A DNA stretch of 64,000 bases from contig NC_087263.1 of NCBI RefSeq assembly GCF_037042905.1, positions 8,742,001-8,806,000 of the forward strand, given 5' to 3'. This DNA comes from Lytechinus pictus. Taxonomy: Eukaryota. The notes under the pieces are model-generated. The model did not search any database and had not been told where the DNA came from. It saw nothing but the letters and a program-made list of their open reading frames with translations. This document shows, in pieces, positions 11,292-26,100 of this stretch (position 1 is its first letter; every line of letters begins with the position of its first letter). The position numbers were made by a program, and so were the translations under genes.

Positions 11292-14200
11292 CTGGTCATA
11301 GAATAAATCACGTGTATGTGACCTGCCACCCCCAAACCAAATAAATAAGCCGCCCAAAATGACTTTTTTTTAGTTTGTCTTAGTTAGCTGAGAAATTGTT
11401 TGAACGAGGCATTCCGATATTACAGTCTCACCGACGTTACCCATACCAGACTGACCAAAGCTATTACGTTATTACCAATGTCGTACTATCAGTTGGTTTG
11501 GAGACGGTTTCGTTTGTGTGGCTGGGGCATTCACCATCATGGTCAGGGTTGTGTATGTGAAAGTACGACAGTTTTAACGAGGTCTTCCAGTGTATGGTAC
11601 ACCATTACAAGCCGTTTCCTTCCGCTGCAACAGGTCGCTATTTACCTTTAAATATTTAAATAGATGGTAAAATGTTTAAGTTCCCACTTTTATTGCATCA
11701 TGGAATTTGTAATTACCCCCTTCGAGACCCTGAAGTTGACCGAAAAGGGATTGCGAGAAGTCTTCGGACGATCATCCCTTGACGTGTCGACAGTAGAAGC
11801 GTCACGGTTTATTTTAAGTGTGAAGTGGCGTCAAAGAGTGAACCCCACCAATCTATCACTCGATGCCTCGATCTAATAGGAGGCGAAATGGATACAAGAG
11901 GCTGGCAGCGTTTGCCAAACCCATGTGCATAATGTGATTTGGAATAGGCACGAACATAAAGCGGTGGGATCTGTATTCCTGGCAGTCGGGGAGTAATTTT
12001 AAAGAAAGGTGTTTTTCTTCTCCAGAAACTGGGGCAGGGAACTGGAAGGTTCAGTGACCATTTACCTTGATCGGCGACGGAGATAACATCACTTTAATAC
12101 CTAGGATCTTTCTAGAAGCTGCTGCATTCTTTGAGCTAATGGCTACTTTTATTGTTTAGATATCTAACACGAGATAATGGAAGCAGGAAGAATGGTCTTT
12201 CTACAAAGCACTTCCATTGTCAATATTATTTTTCCCATAGTGCACGAGTTAAGTATTCAACAGTTTCTAGTCAAACATTAGAATTTACTTTCCTTTAAAA
12301 TATGCATTGTCGCAAAAAGCGTGTCAGATATGTGGAGAATTATACTCCACTTCTGAACAGCTCTAGAAGACTTGATAAGAACTGACAAGTTTGAGTAGGT
12401 AATGACACAGAAAAAAAAATCCACGGTTCTCGGATTTTATTGAATTAAAAATAATGTTGCATTATGCATGGCATACCCGTTGTGGACATCTCGTCAATGC
12501 GACTAATGAAAGCGTGTTCACATTGTCGACAATGTAAATGTGTGATTCGAACTGTTGACATACTCAAATTCGACAGTGTGAAGGTGATTTCACATTGTGT
12601 TCCACACTCGAGCGCACCGTGACACACACTGTGGGACACTGTGTTATTTCCATTGGGGTTGCTTCCTCTAACAGTCAGAGTTGAGTCACACATGGGTAAA
12701 TATCTTAAAATGTTTATGCCATTCTTTTTACTATCCACGAATCATAAGTGGAAGTATTCGAGTTTGATACATGCAAGTCATTAAGTAATAGAACCATTCA
12801 CTGGTGCAACAGAGTCTGTAAAGTCATTATAACAGAAATATATGTAATATTTTCTGTCAGTCAGTGAGTGCAGGAATGCACTAGGTGCCCCCTCCCCTCC
12901 GCGTGCCAAAATTTGATCCAATTCTCTCTTTGAACCCCAAAAGGTTGTTTGAAAAAGGACATTCAGTAAACCCATTATGAAGATGTGTTAACCCACGCGG
13001 TAGAGGGATTCTTAATGGACTGATTGAAAATGCAGGTTATCCATATCAGTTATCGGGAATGCGTTTCATTAATTCGTCTTTTCAATGAATCTACCGATAA
13101 CTGCTGTAAGCTACTGATATCCTTGAATCTGATTGGATGATAGTAAATCTGACAGAATTAAGACTCGTAAAACGTCTCGTGGAGCTTTACCCGGGTTCAT
13201 GATGTTTGAGCGCGACGCTAATGGGTAAAGATTAGGAAGACATTCTAAATTATTTCGAAAGGATCAAGACATGATCTCCTTCAATTACACCCACTTTGCT
13301 GTCACAATATTACTCGTATATTCCTATCTACCCTGATTCATGTCACCATCATAAGCGTGTATACATCCTACATGTTTAGAAGTTTAGAGTAGTATAAATA
13401 ATTACTATCCCTCTTTTTAACGCAGGTATGACGAATCCGGGTTATCATATCACCCTTTATTTTAAAATGAAATCATGATGCTTAATATCTGACAATTTAG
13501 ATAAATTTGGTATCATAAGGTTTAAAAGGATCTACCGCAAATGTTGAGTATTTTCTTGTTTAAAGGAAATGAATCACGATGATTTTGCAATGTCATTTGT
13601 ATTTTACTGATTGATCGAAGTTTTTTTTAATCTCAATAATTATCCCGTAATTCGAGCGGTTATTCATCTTGATATGAATCGTATTTCTAGTACTCCCCCC
13701 CCCCCCTCCCTTCTGTTAATCTTCCCCTTATTTTAATTTTTGTTTCTGTTTGCTGTTTAATGGCCGTTGCCGGATGCGTACTGTCCTTTCGCATAGATAA
13801 AAAAAAATCAATCCCTTTATTAGGCGACGATCATAAGAAAATGCTTTCTGGATCAAATCCAAAATACCTCGTCCTCAGAACTGACAGTTCCGGGGATCTC
13901 GGGTAAGCATATATACTTTTTCATGAAGTACTCGACCCAATTTCTTACCACATTGCAGATATCGGTATTTTGATATTCAGACAAGCGTGATATTTCATTA
14001 GAACACGGCTTGGCAGGCGGGTACATTTAAAGGAACAGTTTACTTCTACCAATGTGCCTCTTCCTGTGAATTGATAACAGAAACGAGACTGTTTCAAAGT
14101 AGTTAGCGTAGAAACATTGTGTGGGTGCAGAGAAATGAATTAAAGGTGGTGTAATAATTATATGTTTCACCTTCAAGAAATTAACAATGTTCACAGACTC

Positions 14201-16429
14201 CTCCAACAAGTAGCTTGCACAGCACAAATCAAGGTGGAAGTTGGACTGAGCGTAAACTACTCGGGTATTCGTATATCGAATTTGAGGATTTTAAAAGCGA
14301 CTTCTGTAGTTGCCTCCTTTTTATACAAGATGCCACACAATGTTGTAAAAGGAATTCAGAAATTATTTTGTTCCCTTTTCGAAGAGACAGTCTTTCCCTT
14401 TAATGTCTGGTAGATGTGGATGTGGTGAATCATGTCGTCAATGAGTAAACACAACCACCGTATAATATGATTTGTTGTGCACACACTTTATTAAATTTCA
14501 CGTAATTTTTCATCATTAAACTCATTGTGTGTGTATGTGGTTTGGGCGAGTGTGTGCGTGCGAGGGTTGGTGGGTTCGTTAGTGAGAGGCATTGCTTTCC
14601 GAATCGTAATCCATCAATTATGAAGCCAGAGATGTTCATTGTCGCTCATAATTTATATTTGAATTTTAGATTTCATCATTTAGCTTAATATCTTTGAAGA
14701 ACAACCCGTGTCTATCAGGTGCGTTAAATAAAATATTATTTGAGTAGAGATACCTCTTTAAACTATCCATTTTTATTTTTATTTTAGATTGACCTGTTTC
14801 ATTATGCTGTCCAATTTTTTTCTTCATCATCATCATCGGACTGCAAATTAAGCTGCGTCCTACTTTCTTTCCAAACGGTTGCAAAACATATTTAATTATT
14901 TACATTTATATATGTGACATAGTTTTCAGATAAATTATTGCAAGTTTCATTTGTGAGTGATATATTATTTCTGAACTTCAATACATCTAAGGGTGATTTT
15001 ATTTATCTATTTATTACGTATTACTGTTAGCGAAAATGCTCTGGGACAAACTGAATCCTATTCTTGATTTGCTTTTCTTTATTCTCTGCCTCGTGATTCC
15101 TTTCTCATATAATTACTGATTTGCGTTTTTTTTGCGGGGTGGGGGATAATAGCATAATCGATATTATTATATCTACTTTTTGTCATGGGAAGTTTTCGTA
15201 TTAATGCCACTATGATCAAAATATATGTACTATCAGTTTTATTTATTATTTTTTTGTTTTGTTCATTCTTACTATTGTTTTTTTTTACAATCAGAATAAT
15301 AATGTATTTACGTCACGTAGTCATAAGCTTTCAGTAGTGGTTATATTGCATTAAAGTTAAAGAATTTTGATTGGAGGAAAAATGTGACCTCAGATGCCCT
15401 TAGTGAAGAGCACGTACCCCTAAGTATTGGTCAGGATATAGTAATCCTTCAGGATCTGATAATTCTTCAAGGCACGTCCCTAGGAGCTGTCAGGAAACAC
15501 TATGTGGAGTCATCGGTCGATTTAGTTGCCTTGTGAGCTGACAGGAGCGAAGAAAAGAGGACCCTTCAAGACTCGAAACCAGGTCCCACGTGAAGTTCAC
15601 CTGGCGTACGATGACTGTATTCCTAAATCGATTTACGATTGCATCGCAGAGAGGCTTTAAAGTGGCCAATATTTAAAAAAACGAGGAAGATTGCGATGGT
15701 CTTGGGCTCTTGTGGCCGTTTCTCGATCGCTCCTTCCTTTCTACAGGTCGCATGTATTTGTGCAGACGCATTGTTTAGCCACAGGGGAATGCAGTCAAAG
15801 ACTCGTGAACTAGTTGGTAAAAGGTTATGAAAATTGCACGTTTCTCTTGTGGATGCTTGATTTGCAAATCAATGACTTGTACCAGTTCTGTCTATACAGT
15901 AACCGTTTCTTTATGGATATCTTGAAATACATAATTCGCTTGATTTGATTTTGAACAGTCTATCGCGGGCCAAGATTTCAAATGCCATCGTAAAGGTGTG
16001 CTAAGGCTAATGCTCAAATAGAATTTATGCAATTGTTCGTCTATTTCAATCTAATATTTCTTATAAGTTTGTGTGCTGCTTTCAAAATGTTTCATTTTAG
16101 TTACAAACATTGCTAATAACCCTTTTCAATCATTTCATGATATTTTTTTGTCATTCCCGAAATCAATCGGGTCAATCCACAGGCCTATACAAACATTTGT
16201 TTTAAACTTCTACGTTTAACAATTTGCTTCCTTTCCGCAAATTGATTTTTAAATGAATATTCGGGAGTGGAAAAAAATAATTTACAAATTATTATCCATG
16301 TGATACCAGAAGCAAAGAAATAATTACATTTTTTTTCCGCATACTGATGTGATATCAACAAGTTATGCTCCATCCTATAATAATTGAACATTATGCCGTC
16401 TTGGTACACATTCGTTCTTTGAGTTCACA

Positions 16430-17149
16430 CACACAGGCATGTCTTGTATTTTGGGGTGACATCCCTGGATATCATGACTCACCTAATGTATAACACACAC
16501 ATACACACAAGCGGTAAGGCAAACATGCTTTCACCTGATATACACACGTGTACACTCGCACACAAATACCCTGGTTTTTAATGCGAAACGTAATGTTTCT
16601 CGAGTGTGTGAGCGTAGCGCTCGGGTTCGGCTACCTCTCCTTCCGCATACACAAGCCCACATGCTCGCACCCACGCACACGCACACTTTCCAGGCAACTC
16701 CTCCTCCTCCCTCGCGTCTTTCTCCCCGCTCTCTCCATCTCCCTCTCTCTTTCCACCCGTTTTCTTCCCACTCTTGCTTTCGTTCATGCATTATCATCAA
16801 GCATTTTCCGATCTGTACTATCCCCCTGAGAAAGAGAGACATTCCGCAGAAGATTGCTCGCCACCGAATCATAAACAGGATTTTCCCTTTTTCTCTATCA
16901 TCCTCTCTTTCAATACGCCGTGCCTATACAATTCTGATTCATACGTGCCAACACTGTCTACTCAATTGTTGCTATGCCACGCTACTAATCGCTGCCTTCT
17001 TTTTTTGTTTTTAATTCAAACATTTGCTTTTTGTCACTGAAAAGCTCTCCCGCTGAATGATTACAGCGGATTTGCATTGGAATATGTTTTTATCACATGA
17101 GTCCTTCTTCCATTCACTCTTCTCCGGATGGTGATTATTTAGCTAATCG
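16430..17149 (+). promoter_or_regulatory. Candidate promoter and non-coding first exon of the synaptotagmin gene
   Basis: CpG-enriched CA/CT-rich stretch, TGACTCA at 16475, ending in a strong donor CG|GTAAGT at 17150. The link to the gene is inferred from position only; the 5' boundary is approximate. Confidence 0.4.
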
Positions 17150-17486
17150 GTAAGTTCATCTGTACTTTGATATGACGGTTATTTTTCAGACAGATGTTTT
17201 CCAAATTTTCAGCACGATTTTATAAAATCTCACCTGTGTGTTCATGACAGTGATCCGATCATGTATCCATGCACTGATTGCGCCTTATCGCGAGGCTGAT
17301 ATTTGTAATTGTCAAATTAACATCGTTTTATTCACGAGATAACGAGGTTTGATTTTTTTTTCTTGCCAACCTATTTTTTTAATTCGTTGATTAGATACAA
17401 TGCTAAATTGCCTGACGTTATATATTTTACGGGACATAAATGACAATACTCAAATCTGATCTTTTTTTTGAGTGACCGGGTCTGAG

Positions 17487-17730
17487 AGCAGAGGCTAAGT
17501 GGTAGAGCGCCCGTCACATGCACGTGAGGCAGTAGGTTCGATTCCAGGCTGAGTCGTACCAAAAACCTTAAAACTTAGACCTGCTGCGTTCCTTTCAAGC
17601 GCTCAACCTATTATAATGGAAAAGCAGAATCATAACATCATATTATGTTGCGCTAAGGCCTGCTGTGCTGGGAGAAAAGATCATAAGAGCTGAAGTGGCT
17701 ACCCTGGGTAAATTGAATGAATATTGTTAT
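17487..17730 (+). mobile_element. tRNA-derived SINE
   Basis: A-box-like AGGCTAAGTGG near 17492, B box GGTTCGATTCC 17535-17545, then a tRNA-unrelated body and an AT-rich tail. No acceptor stem. Confidence 0.7.
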
Positions 17731-20670
17731 TGCGTTTGAAGAAGTGCATCTTTTGAAAAAGTGGGAAACAATATTAACTTACATATTGCTACAGGCAATC
17801 GATGTGCGTGATGGTTTATATTGTACCAAACAATCTTTTCTGATCTTTGTTTTAATATTGTGACCTTCTATATCACTGTCCCATGTAGTAACTGATAAAA
17901 AGTTGCTAGTAAATGTTGTTTGTAAATGGATATTGATTATAAATGCATTGAATTTGGCCTACGGGAATCAACATTTTAGAACAGGTTTTAAAACATCAGC
18001 AAAGGAGACATCTCTATCTCCCTATGGCAACATAATAAGTCACGAGCTTCAATAAACACGAAATGGTATTGTTTATTAGATACATAGATCCATTTTATTT
18101 TCCGGTTAGATAAACTCTCTTACTTGAATTAAAGTCACCTTTTAAAGAAAATAAGCCTTTTTAGTGTTTCAAGTTATGTTTTAACTTTAAGTTAGAATCT
18201 AATCGGTTCTTCTTATCCTTTTCTTATTTAACTTTATGTATTGATTTGTTCATTCTTTTTTTACATTCACTATGTGTGTTTTCGTCTTTTTCCCTGTCCC
18301 CTGACTTATAGCTTCCTCCATCATTGGCGGCGGAAGCCAAAAATTTAGGGGGGTCCACCTGAAATTTTGGGATGGACACAGGTAAAAAAAATTGACAAGC
18401 AAAAAAAAAAGGTCGTCAACCAAGATTTTAAGGGGAACCAAAACAATTCTAGGGGGTCCATCTGAATTTAGGGGGGACGCAGGAAACAAAATATGTCCTG
18501 CATCCCCATCCCTCTTTCTCTCCGGTGGAGTCCCTTCGCACGTACCCCCATACACACTTCCTCTTCCCCTCATTTCCATGCATTACCCCCACTGTCGAAG
18601 TCCCCAGTCCAATTGATTCCCATCTCATCTGCCTTTCCTCTGCATGGTTTATACATTTCTATTTTCCCGTGATCCTCACCTCATTACCATCATCCGCTTC
18701 TCATATTCAAGTCGCTCTGCCAAATCCTAATCATATCCAAGTCGTTAACACACACCAGGGTACTCACTCAATTTCACAGCCAGGCATCTTTTTTTTTCAG
18801 GCTAACTTAATGGTCTCTCAATTAAACTCTAAATTTTCTTGGAAATCGCGGTTAAAATATGATGAATCTGCATCTTTGCATCAGCTTAATGCGCAATTCA
18901 TTTAGGGCCATTGCAAGTTCACAGACTATGCTGTAGATAATATCACGGTGATAAGCCCAATGAAGCAAAGCGCGTTTATTGATACACAAGCCGCACCAAG
19001 CTTTGTGCAATGTGTGGCATGATGATTTTGAAATAGAATATGACGCTTATATCGAAAACAGACATTATTTAGTTCACGTAAAGTTTAGAGTGAGTAGAAC
19101 CAGTGGAGGAGGCGAAATATTCTGGTAAATCATTTAACACCATGTTATTACGGTATGTTCGTTGCTACTTCTTTTCATGATATCGTTTGTGCCCCCTCCC
19201 TTATAAAAAAATATTTCACCATTTTGACAGCCACCCCTTTCCCTTCCCCCTCCCTCTCTCTCTCGTTGGGCCAGTATTATATACCATAATTGTTTTATTA
19301 TTATTATTACTTTTATTATTATTATTTTTCATAGGTGTCATTGTAATGTGTTCCCGACGTTAATATACTGTGTTGTTACCAACTTACTTACAAAAAACCA
19401 GCATTAAACCTATGAACCCATCCATCATAATCAAATGTCAGTTATTCACTCTTTTTTTCGATTGCAAACTCAAATATTCCCGAAAAACCTACAGTGTATC
19501 GCAACCACGGTCATAATATGTTATGAATATTCACTGAAGGTGGTTTCTTCACTTACTTACACGGCTAGTCTTTTCCAGAGTTGAGAACTACACAATAAAA
19601 TGCTCCATCACGTAGCATGCAATCTGTCACTTTTGTTTTGAAAGATGGGATGTGTGAGAGCAAACAATCTCTTGAACTGCGTTAGTCATTCAGGTTGTAA
19701 CCAATATTTGATTGGCTGCAAAATTGACAATTCGGTAATATAGCTGAGAGCTTCACCATGTTAATTGTATATGCAATACAAATGATTTCAAATACTACTC
19801 TTCGGCGCAATGATTACTTTGTTGGTTCCCTAAAATTTACTGGCGTTATATGTATTACCGTCGTGCATCAAAAACTCTCCTACCTTATGAATTTTCAACC
19901 CGTTATAATTTAAATTCAATTCAAATACATGAAGTAGCAACACGGTCAAGAAATTGCATTTCCTCAGCTGGATACCTTGTTTCCCCTTCTCATCTCCAGT
20001 CGAACATATATTTTACAGAGAGGAAGACAGCGCTGAATGTTTGTGATTGAAGCTGCTGGCTCTCGCTTGGATCAGAATGCATCATTTCCCAAGCAGTTCA
20101 AAAATAACCGGTCAAGGTCACAATCCATAATTTTCAATTTTCCTTGTTTTCCTCCGGCAAATTTTCCTAATGACTGCTCTTCGTATTAAATACCTCTGGC
20201 GCCAACAAATAGCTTTATCATATTGATATTGTCCATTTCTTCCTTTTTGGTTTGTTGTTTTTGTTCTTTGTTTTAATCATTCCATTCGTCTTGTTTTATG
20301 TTTTATTACATCACCCCCCCCCTCTCTCCTCTTTTTCCTGTTTTATATTCCTTCTTTCCACTACTTATTGCATTACTTTTAAAATATTTGTTCAAAAATG
20401 CCATTTCTTGTCATTCTTATTTCATTCGGTTTATTTTTGTCATTCCTCCTTCATTTTCCCCCAAAAATATGTGTTTTAAGCATGCGTGGTTGGCATTAAC
20501 CAAATTTTCTTAAGAAGTTATCCATTGTCTTTCTCTCTCTCTCTCTCTCGCTATCTCTCTCTCTCTTGTATTTTACCCATACGTTTGCCCCTTTATTTGA
20601 CGAAATGCAATTTTCAGTCTTCGTTAGATATGAACCTATCGCGCCTGTAGGTTTTTTTCTCCCCCCCCCC

Positions 20671-20716
<46 letters not shown>

Positions 20717-22933
20717 TATATATGTATATTATAATGTATATGTATGTATGTATATTTCCTCTCTTTTTCCTCTCTTCTTCATTCCTCTGTTATTCAATAT
20801 ATTTATTCCCATCGACCACCTTCTGTCTCTCTCTTTTTTTCTGACGTTTTTGTCGTGATCAACTATCAGCTCATCTAGTTTCTTCTATGCATAAGTGGGT
20901 TGGTGATTTTTGTGAAGAAGTAAATTTTATGTCAATAATGCAATATTATCCTAATCACGAAACTTTATATTGCACTCTCTTCCTTCTTCTTCTTTATCTT
21001 TTTATTTCTTCTCCTTCTTCTTATAATGCTTATTCTATAGTACTTCCTCTTCGCCGTTTTCTTCTTCTTCTCGCTAGTTATACTTTTCTTCATCATATAT
21101 CTCTTCATCAAGTTCATTCTTTCTATTCCCCGCTATGCTCCCTCCATTTCAGTGGTAACAGTATGTGCATGATTCACTATTTCAATTATCTTTTCTGCAA
21201 TCCCCAATGGATAATCGTTTATTGTATGTTATATACTTTGTATCTGTACTCTTTTATCAGTCCTATACTTCGTCCTAATAAAAAACGAATAACCTGGATT
21301 TGTTTTTATGGTAACCCTCCCTTTGTTTTGTTTTGAATAAAGTTGATACTTAAAAAAACTAACAATCTTATATTTTAGCTAAACTATTTCCGGTCGTCTT
21401 CAATTCATCTTTTTTAACATCAAAACAGCTAATTAGATATCATATTTCATAAAAGGAACAGCTCTGGAGAATAAAAAAATGCATGGTAGCTAATCATACC
21501 AAATGTTTCTGTTTAAGCTCAAGAGGATCTTGTTGCATTGTATCTTTTTATTTGTGCCTAGACTTCAGACAGGTCATCTGAAACAAGCTAAGGCTTGAGC
21601 TTCAATTCACTTCTTAATTGCTAGGCATAGTCAGAATTATTACACCTTCGAGCTGAGATTTGTATTTTTATTAGTTACATAGCGGTTTTGAAATCCAATT
21701 GCCCTTGGCTTGCAATCTTATAACCTTAATTAGAATTTTCATTTTCGATCGAAATCCCTTTACAGCCCCAACGGCTCAAATTTGCTGATATATTAAGGTC
21801 ACAAATCATATGGGTCGTTGAGACCCATTGAACAATGACAGCCGTTAAATCAGAATGAATCCCATTAATAAATTTACCTCACTAAAGCGAGGTGCGTTTA
21901 TGTTTATGATCAACCGTTATTGGGAGTTTGAAAAGAAACGTAATTTCAAAAAGGCTATTGCGCGTTTGCTGCTTCGATAGGATGAACAAAATCTCCTGTG
22001 GCTGTCGAACGCGCTATACTGCTGTCACAATATATTGCTTTATAACGGTTATTTGTAGGTAAGAAATATCAGTGAAATGCATTTCTGACCAGAACTTACG
22101 AGGATTGTTCTAAAATATTATCTTCATAATGATAATTCCCGATACACAATTAGTTTCCTCGCTCTAATTATTTCCAACGTGATACCTGTTCAGGTTTTCA
22201 TAATGCCGTAACTAATTTATTTTATTTACATTTATTTCTTATTTATGAATCCTTTGAGAAAGTAAAAACAAGAGTAAAACAAGAGTAACAATGACGTCAT
22301 TTGAAGATGATCAAAATGGATGAATAAATGATAATAATAAGAAACACCCTATTACGTTTGCAATGACTTGTGTCTCATTTTTAATGCAATGGATCGAATG
22401 TATCGCAAGTGATGTAATACGGGAATACTTGTATTTCATACTTGGAAAGTTTATTCTTATTTTTATATGTTGTCTGGTGATCAATTAGCTTAACTACAGG
22501 TCATTTGGAGTTGATTTGTGTATAGCCAATAGAAAAGGAGGAAGACACACACAAAATAGAAAAGGAAAAGAAAGATAAATGTGACTACCCCAAAAAAAAC
22601 AATTAGTCCCCCGAAATAAATTTTGAGAATTTTATTGAATTTGAAAGAGCACATTATCAGCTTTAAGTGATATATAGCTCTTGTCAAAATTGATCAACTA
22701 GAACCCTCACAGTACTTGATTGAGTGCAGAAGATATTCCACGAGAGCATTAAAATCAGAAAACAAGATTTAAACTTCGGTGTTCACTCAAGCATGAGATG
22801 AGCACCCTGTAATTTTTGGAGAGATTTTCAAGCCGCCAGCAAAGATGGTGCCAAAGAAACTCTTGTATTTTTTATTCAACTTTACAAATTTTGACATTTT
22901 TAAGACCAAGAATTACTCTTTCATTCACGCCTA

Positions 22934-23147
22934 CACTCCTAAAAATCTAGGATTTAAAATAAATCCGGATCGGCTGTTAATAGTAACTAGCCGAATATTA
23001 GATTTAGGTTTAAAACTTGTAGATTTAGATGTAATTCTAAAAGATTTGAATTTAAATTTTTTGAGATTTGAAAGTTAATCCCAATTTAAATTAATCCAAC
23101 ATCCACAGCCGATCTGGATTTATTTGGAATCCTTGATTTTTCGAGTG
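22934..23147. mobile_element. CACT...AGTG MITE
   Basis: CACTCCTAAAAATCTAGGATT / AATCCTTGATTTTTCGAGTG imperfect TIRs. Confidence 0.65.
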
Positions 23148-26100
23148 CATTTTTTGTTTGGCTTTCTGAAGACCAAAATACTCGTTTGGCTACGTATAAA
23201 TAACCTTCACTGGCAATGTACTGTTGGTTTGGGGGTTGCTAGTCACAAATGCGAATGTTACCAAGCACTTGCTAGATTCAATTCCTAGTATTTGATCTTT
23301 ATATAAGCTTTAGACAAGCCTTCATATACCCATGTCCATGTTTGTTTCGAAGCCTTAACACGGATTGACTCCCACACAATTAAAGACACTCCATTCTGAA
23401 CACTGAATATCTGCTGCACTGCATTCACCCAAGTTTCATTAGAAATATCTTGATTCATAACGAGTTTGACGTATTCTGTAACCTCGCCCTTTTCAAGGCG
23501 AATATTGGTCCTATTGTAAACACGCGATATAAAAAGTGGATACGTCTTGAGTGCCGTCTTCTGAACTTTACCTCTAAGAATATAATATTTTCGTGATTCG
23601 AGAAATCCTTACACATATTCATCATGCAAATGCAGTTTTCAATGGTTACCTATCGTACTTCACTATAGTTTCCCTAATCCTGGGATCTTCATTGACCTTT
23701 ACTTCTAAAAAATTATTCAATTTTTATGATTATATGGTTCCTTCAAAATATACATAATCTCATATCATGCATATTTTGAAGGAACAATTGCCCACAATAA
23801 TATAAATGTTATCATTGTCTTTAGTTGTATTATCCTTTGCACATGATTATGTACAAATTGGAATTTGAAATCTTTACCAGGATGTTGAAGGAAATCCAAT
23901 GTTCAATCAAAGGCATGGCCCTGGGAAGCGGGAGTTCTAGGGGTGCTGAAGCATCCTGAAAATTTAGCTAGGGATACCGTGTGTATTATTTCCCAAAGGC
24001 AGCACCCCCTGGAGATCTCGTTGGTATGCTAAATAGCGAAAATGTTCTTTTGGTATGTGTTTGTGTGTGGTTGCCAAATTTATCGTGGAAAGAGATACGT
24101 TCATTTTATGGAACCCCTCTTTTTTCGCTTGTCATTTTTCTTCCTGAAAAAAATACCTAAATTTTGTGAGTATTTCTTTTTACTGTTTTTTTTTCTTTTG
24201 CTTTTCAATTTCTCGTAAACAAAATAACCTCTCCTATGTAGTGAACATCAATTTTTCTTTCTTCCTTGTTCAGCTCCTTATTCCCTTCATGTTTACGATT
24301 TTGATAAAAATTAATCGGGTAAGTAACTGTATTAATATCTGCACTCACTGAAATATCCAACATGTATAATGAACACGATTAGGAAGTAGAAAGTCTTTCT
24401 AACACTAGGGCAATTATTTACGTCTTCAGAAAAGGCAGGTCTTTTTGTAGTGATCTTTTGAAGGAAACGACATACAATCTGTGTATAATTTTTGTTGGAC
24501 ATGTACTTTCTTCTTAAGCATTTCACAATAGGTTGAACTCAGGTTAAGTACATTCTGAACTTAATGCTTGGTTGCCAAGTGTGTCGCTGTTAAGATGCAT
24601 CACTAGTTGTTACATTCAATATTTTTCATTCACAACGGATCAGTTATTGTTGTGTATTGATTTCCAAATAAGAAATTTAGTAAGAACAAGCAATAATATT
24701 CAGAGAATAACAACGTTTCCAGTATTGATGATTATGTTTAGAATTAAACAAAAGATATCTTCTTCAAATTTTCATATTTCTTTCATATTTCATATTTTTC
24801 TGAATATTGCATCATCATTACTTGATCGGCATTGATAATCGGATAAACATTTCTCGTTCCACGAGCTCCCGAGTACAAAACTAGATGTATACCTTAAGAT
24901 ATTAAATTACTTTGAATTAGCAAGGGATCGTGATCTGTGCCAATTCATTTGGAATTTCATTATGCCGCATTTTATTAAAGTCTGCGGCAAAGTCCTAACT
25001 ATGTCAATTAGGAAATCCCAACAGAAAGCTAATATAACTGTCAATGTGGTACAGTGTACAACATAATGCGGTATCTTTTGACAACTGTGTCGTTATCATC
25101 ACCGATTGGGAATGAAAACTCCTCGTTTGCATCACATAAAGATGCTTAAGGTCAGAGAACATGCATTGACGGAAAAGTGCAGTGGTGGCATATAGGTTTC
25201 AGATGTCGCTGAAGCTTTGAATGTCAAATTTATTAAATCCTCTCTATTTGCTGTTCGTGCAACACATGTTCTGTTAATGATCGAGGTCGAAAGGCACTCC
25301 CTCTTTTTAGGTGTAAAGCCTTTTTTTGTAGTTAGAATTAGTCTGCTTTACTTATTCGACAACGCTTCGTTTGTAATTATCGACCCATCGTAGTAAACAC
25401 CAACCGAGGGAGAGAACATTGGAAGATGAAGGGGGAAAGGTATGTGTGGGTGTGTGCGTAAGTGAAGATGTGTGCGTGTGTGAGAGAGAGATAAAAAGAG
25501 AGATTGATATAAAAATGGCGGTAATTGAGAGTGAGAGGAGAAGGGAAGAGAGCGAAAGCAACAGTGAGAGAGAAAGATAGAAAATGGCATAGTTTGGAAG
25601 ATGTACATTGTCGCATAATGTGTTCATATCTTGATAAGACGAAAAGTGATGAAAAGAGGGAAGAGACGTGTGGATGGAGGTGGGTGTGTGTGTGTGTGTG
25701 TGTGCGAAAGAAGAGATATGTGGAGGTTAGTGAGAGAAGAGAAAGAGAGAGAAGGGGGTAGTTTGGGAAATAAAGTTGTTGTATAATGTGTTCATATCTT
25801 CGTAAGAGGGGAAAGCGTGTGGGTGTGTGTGCATGTGGGCATGTATGTGAGGGTGTGTGTTGTGTGTGTGCGTGAGAGAGCGAGAGAGAAAGAGAGAGAG
25901 AGTGTGTGGAACAGTGAGAGGGTGCATGAGCCAAAGAATGACAGGATGTGGAATGGATATGTTACATCGCGTAGAATGTGTTCATATCTTCCTAAGATGA
26001 TAAACTGAAGTAATACAGAATGCATTGGTAATTTGTCAATTCATATAACAAAACTGTCCATTAATTGCAAAATGTATTTATGTTATCCCCATCTCCCTCT

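Noticed and set aside
17487-17560. tRNA gene
   Set aside because: A and B boxes are present but there is no acceptor stem or oligo-T terminator; it continues into a SINE body.
23200-24600. RTE/RTEX-like LINE remnants on - (TWVNAVQQIF..VW; IKFRM..CPSVRK); similar weak hints at 11400-12140 and 14150-14420
   Set aside because: Motifs are too decayed and out of order to call by eye; needs a profile search.
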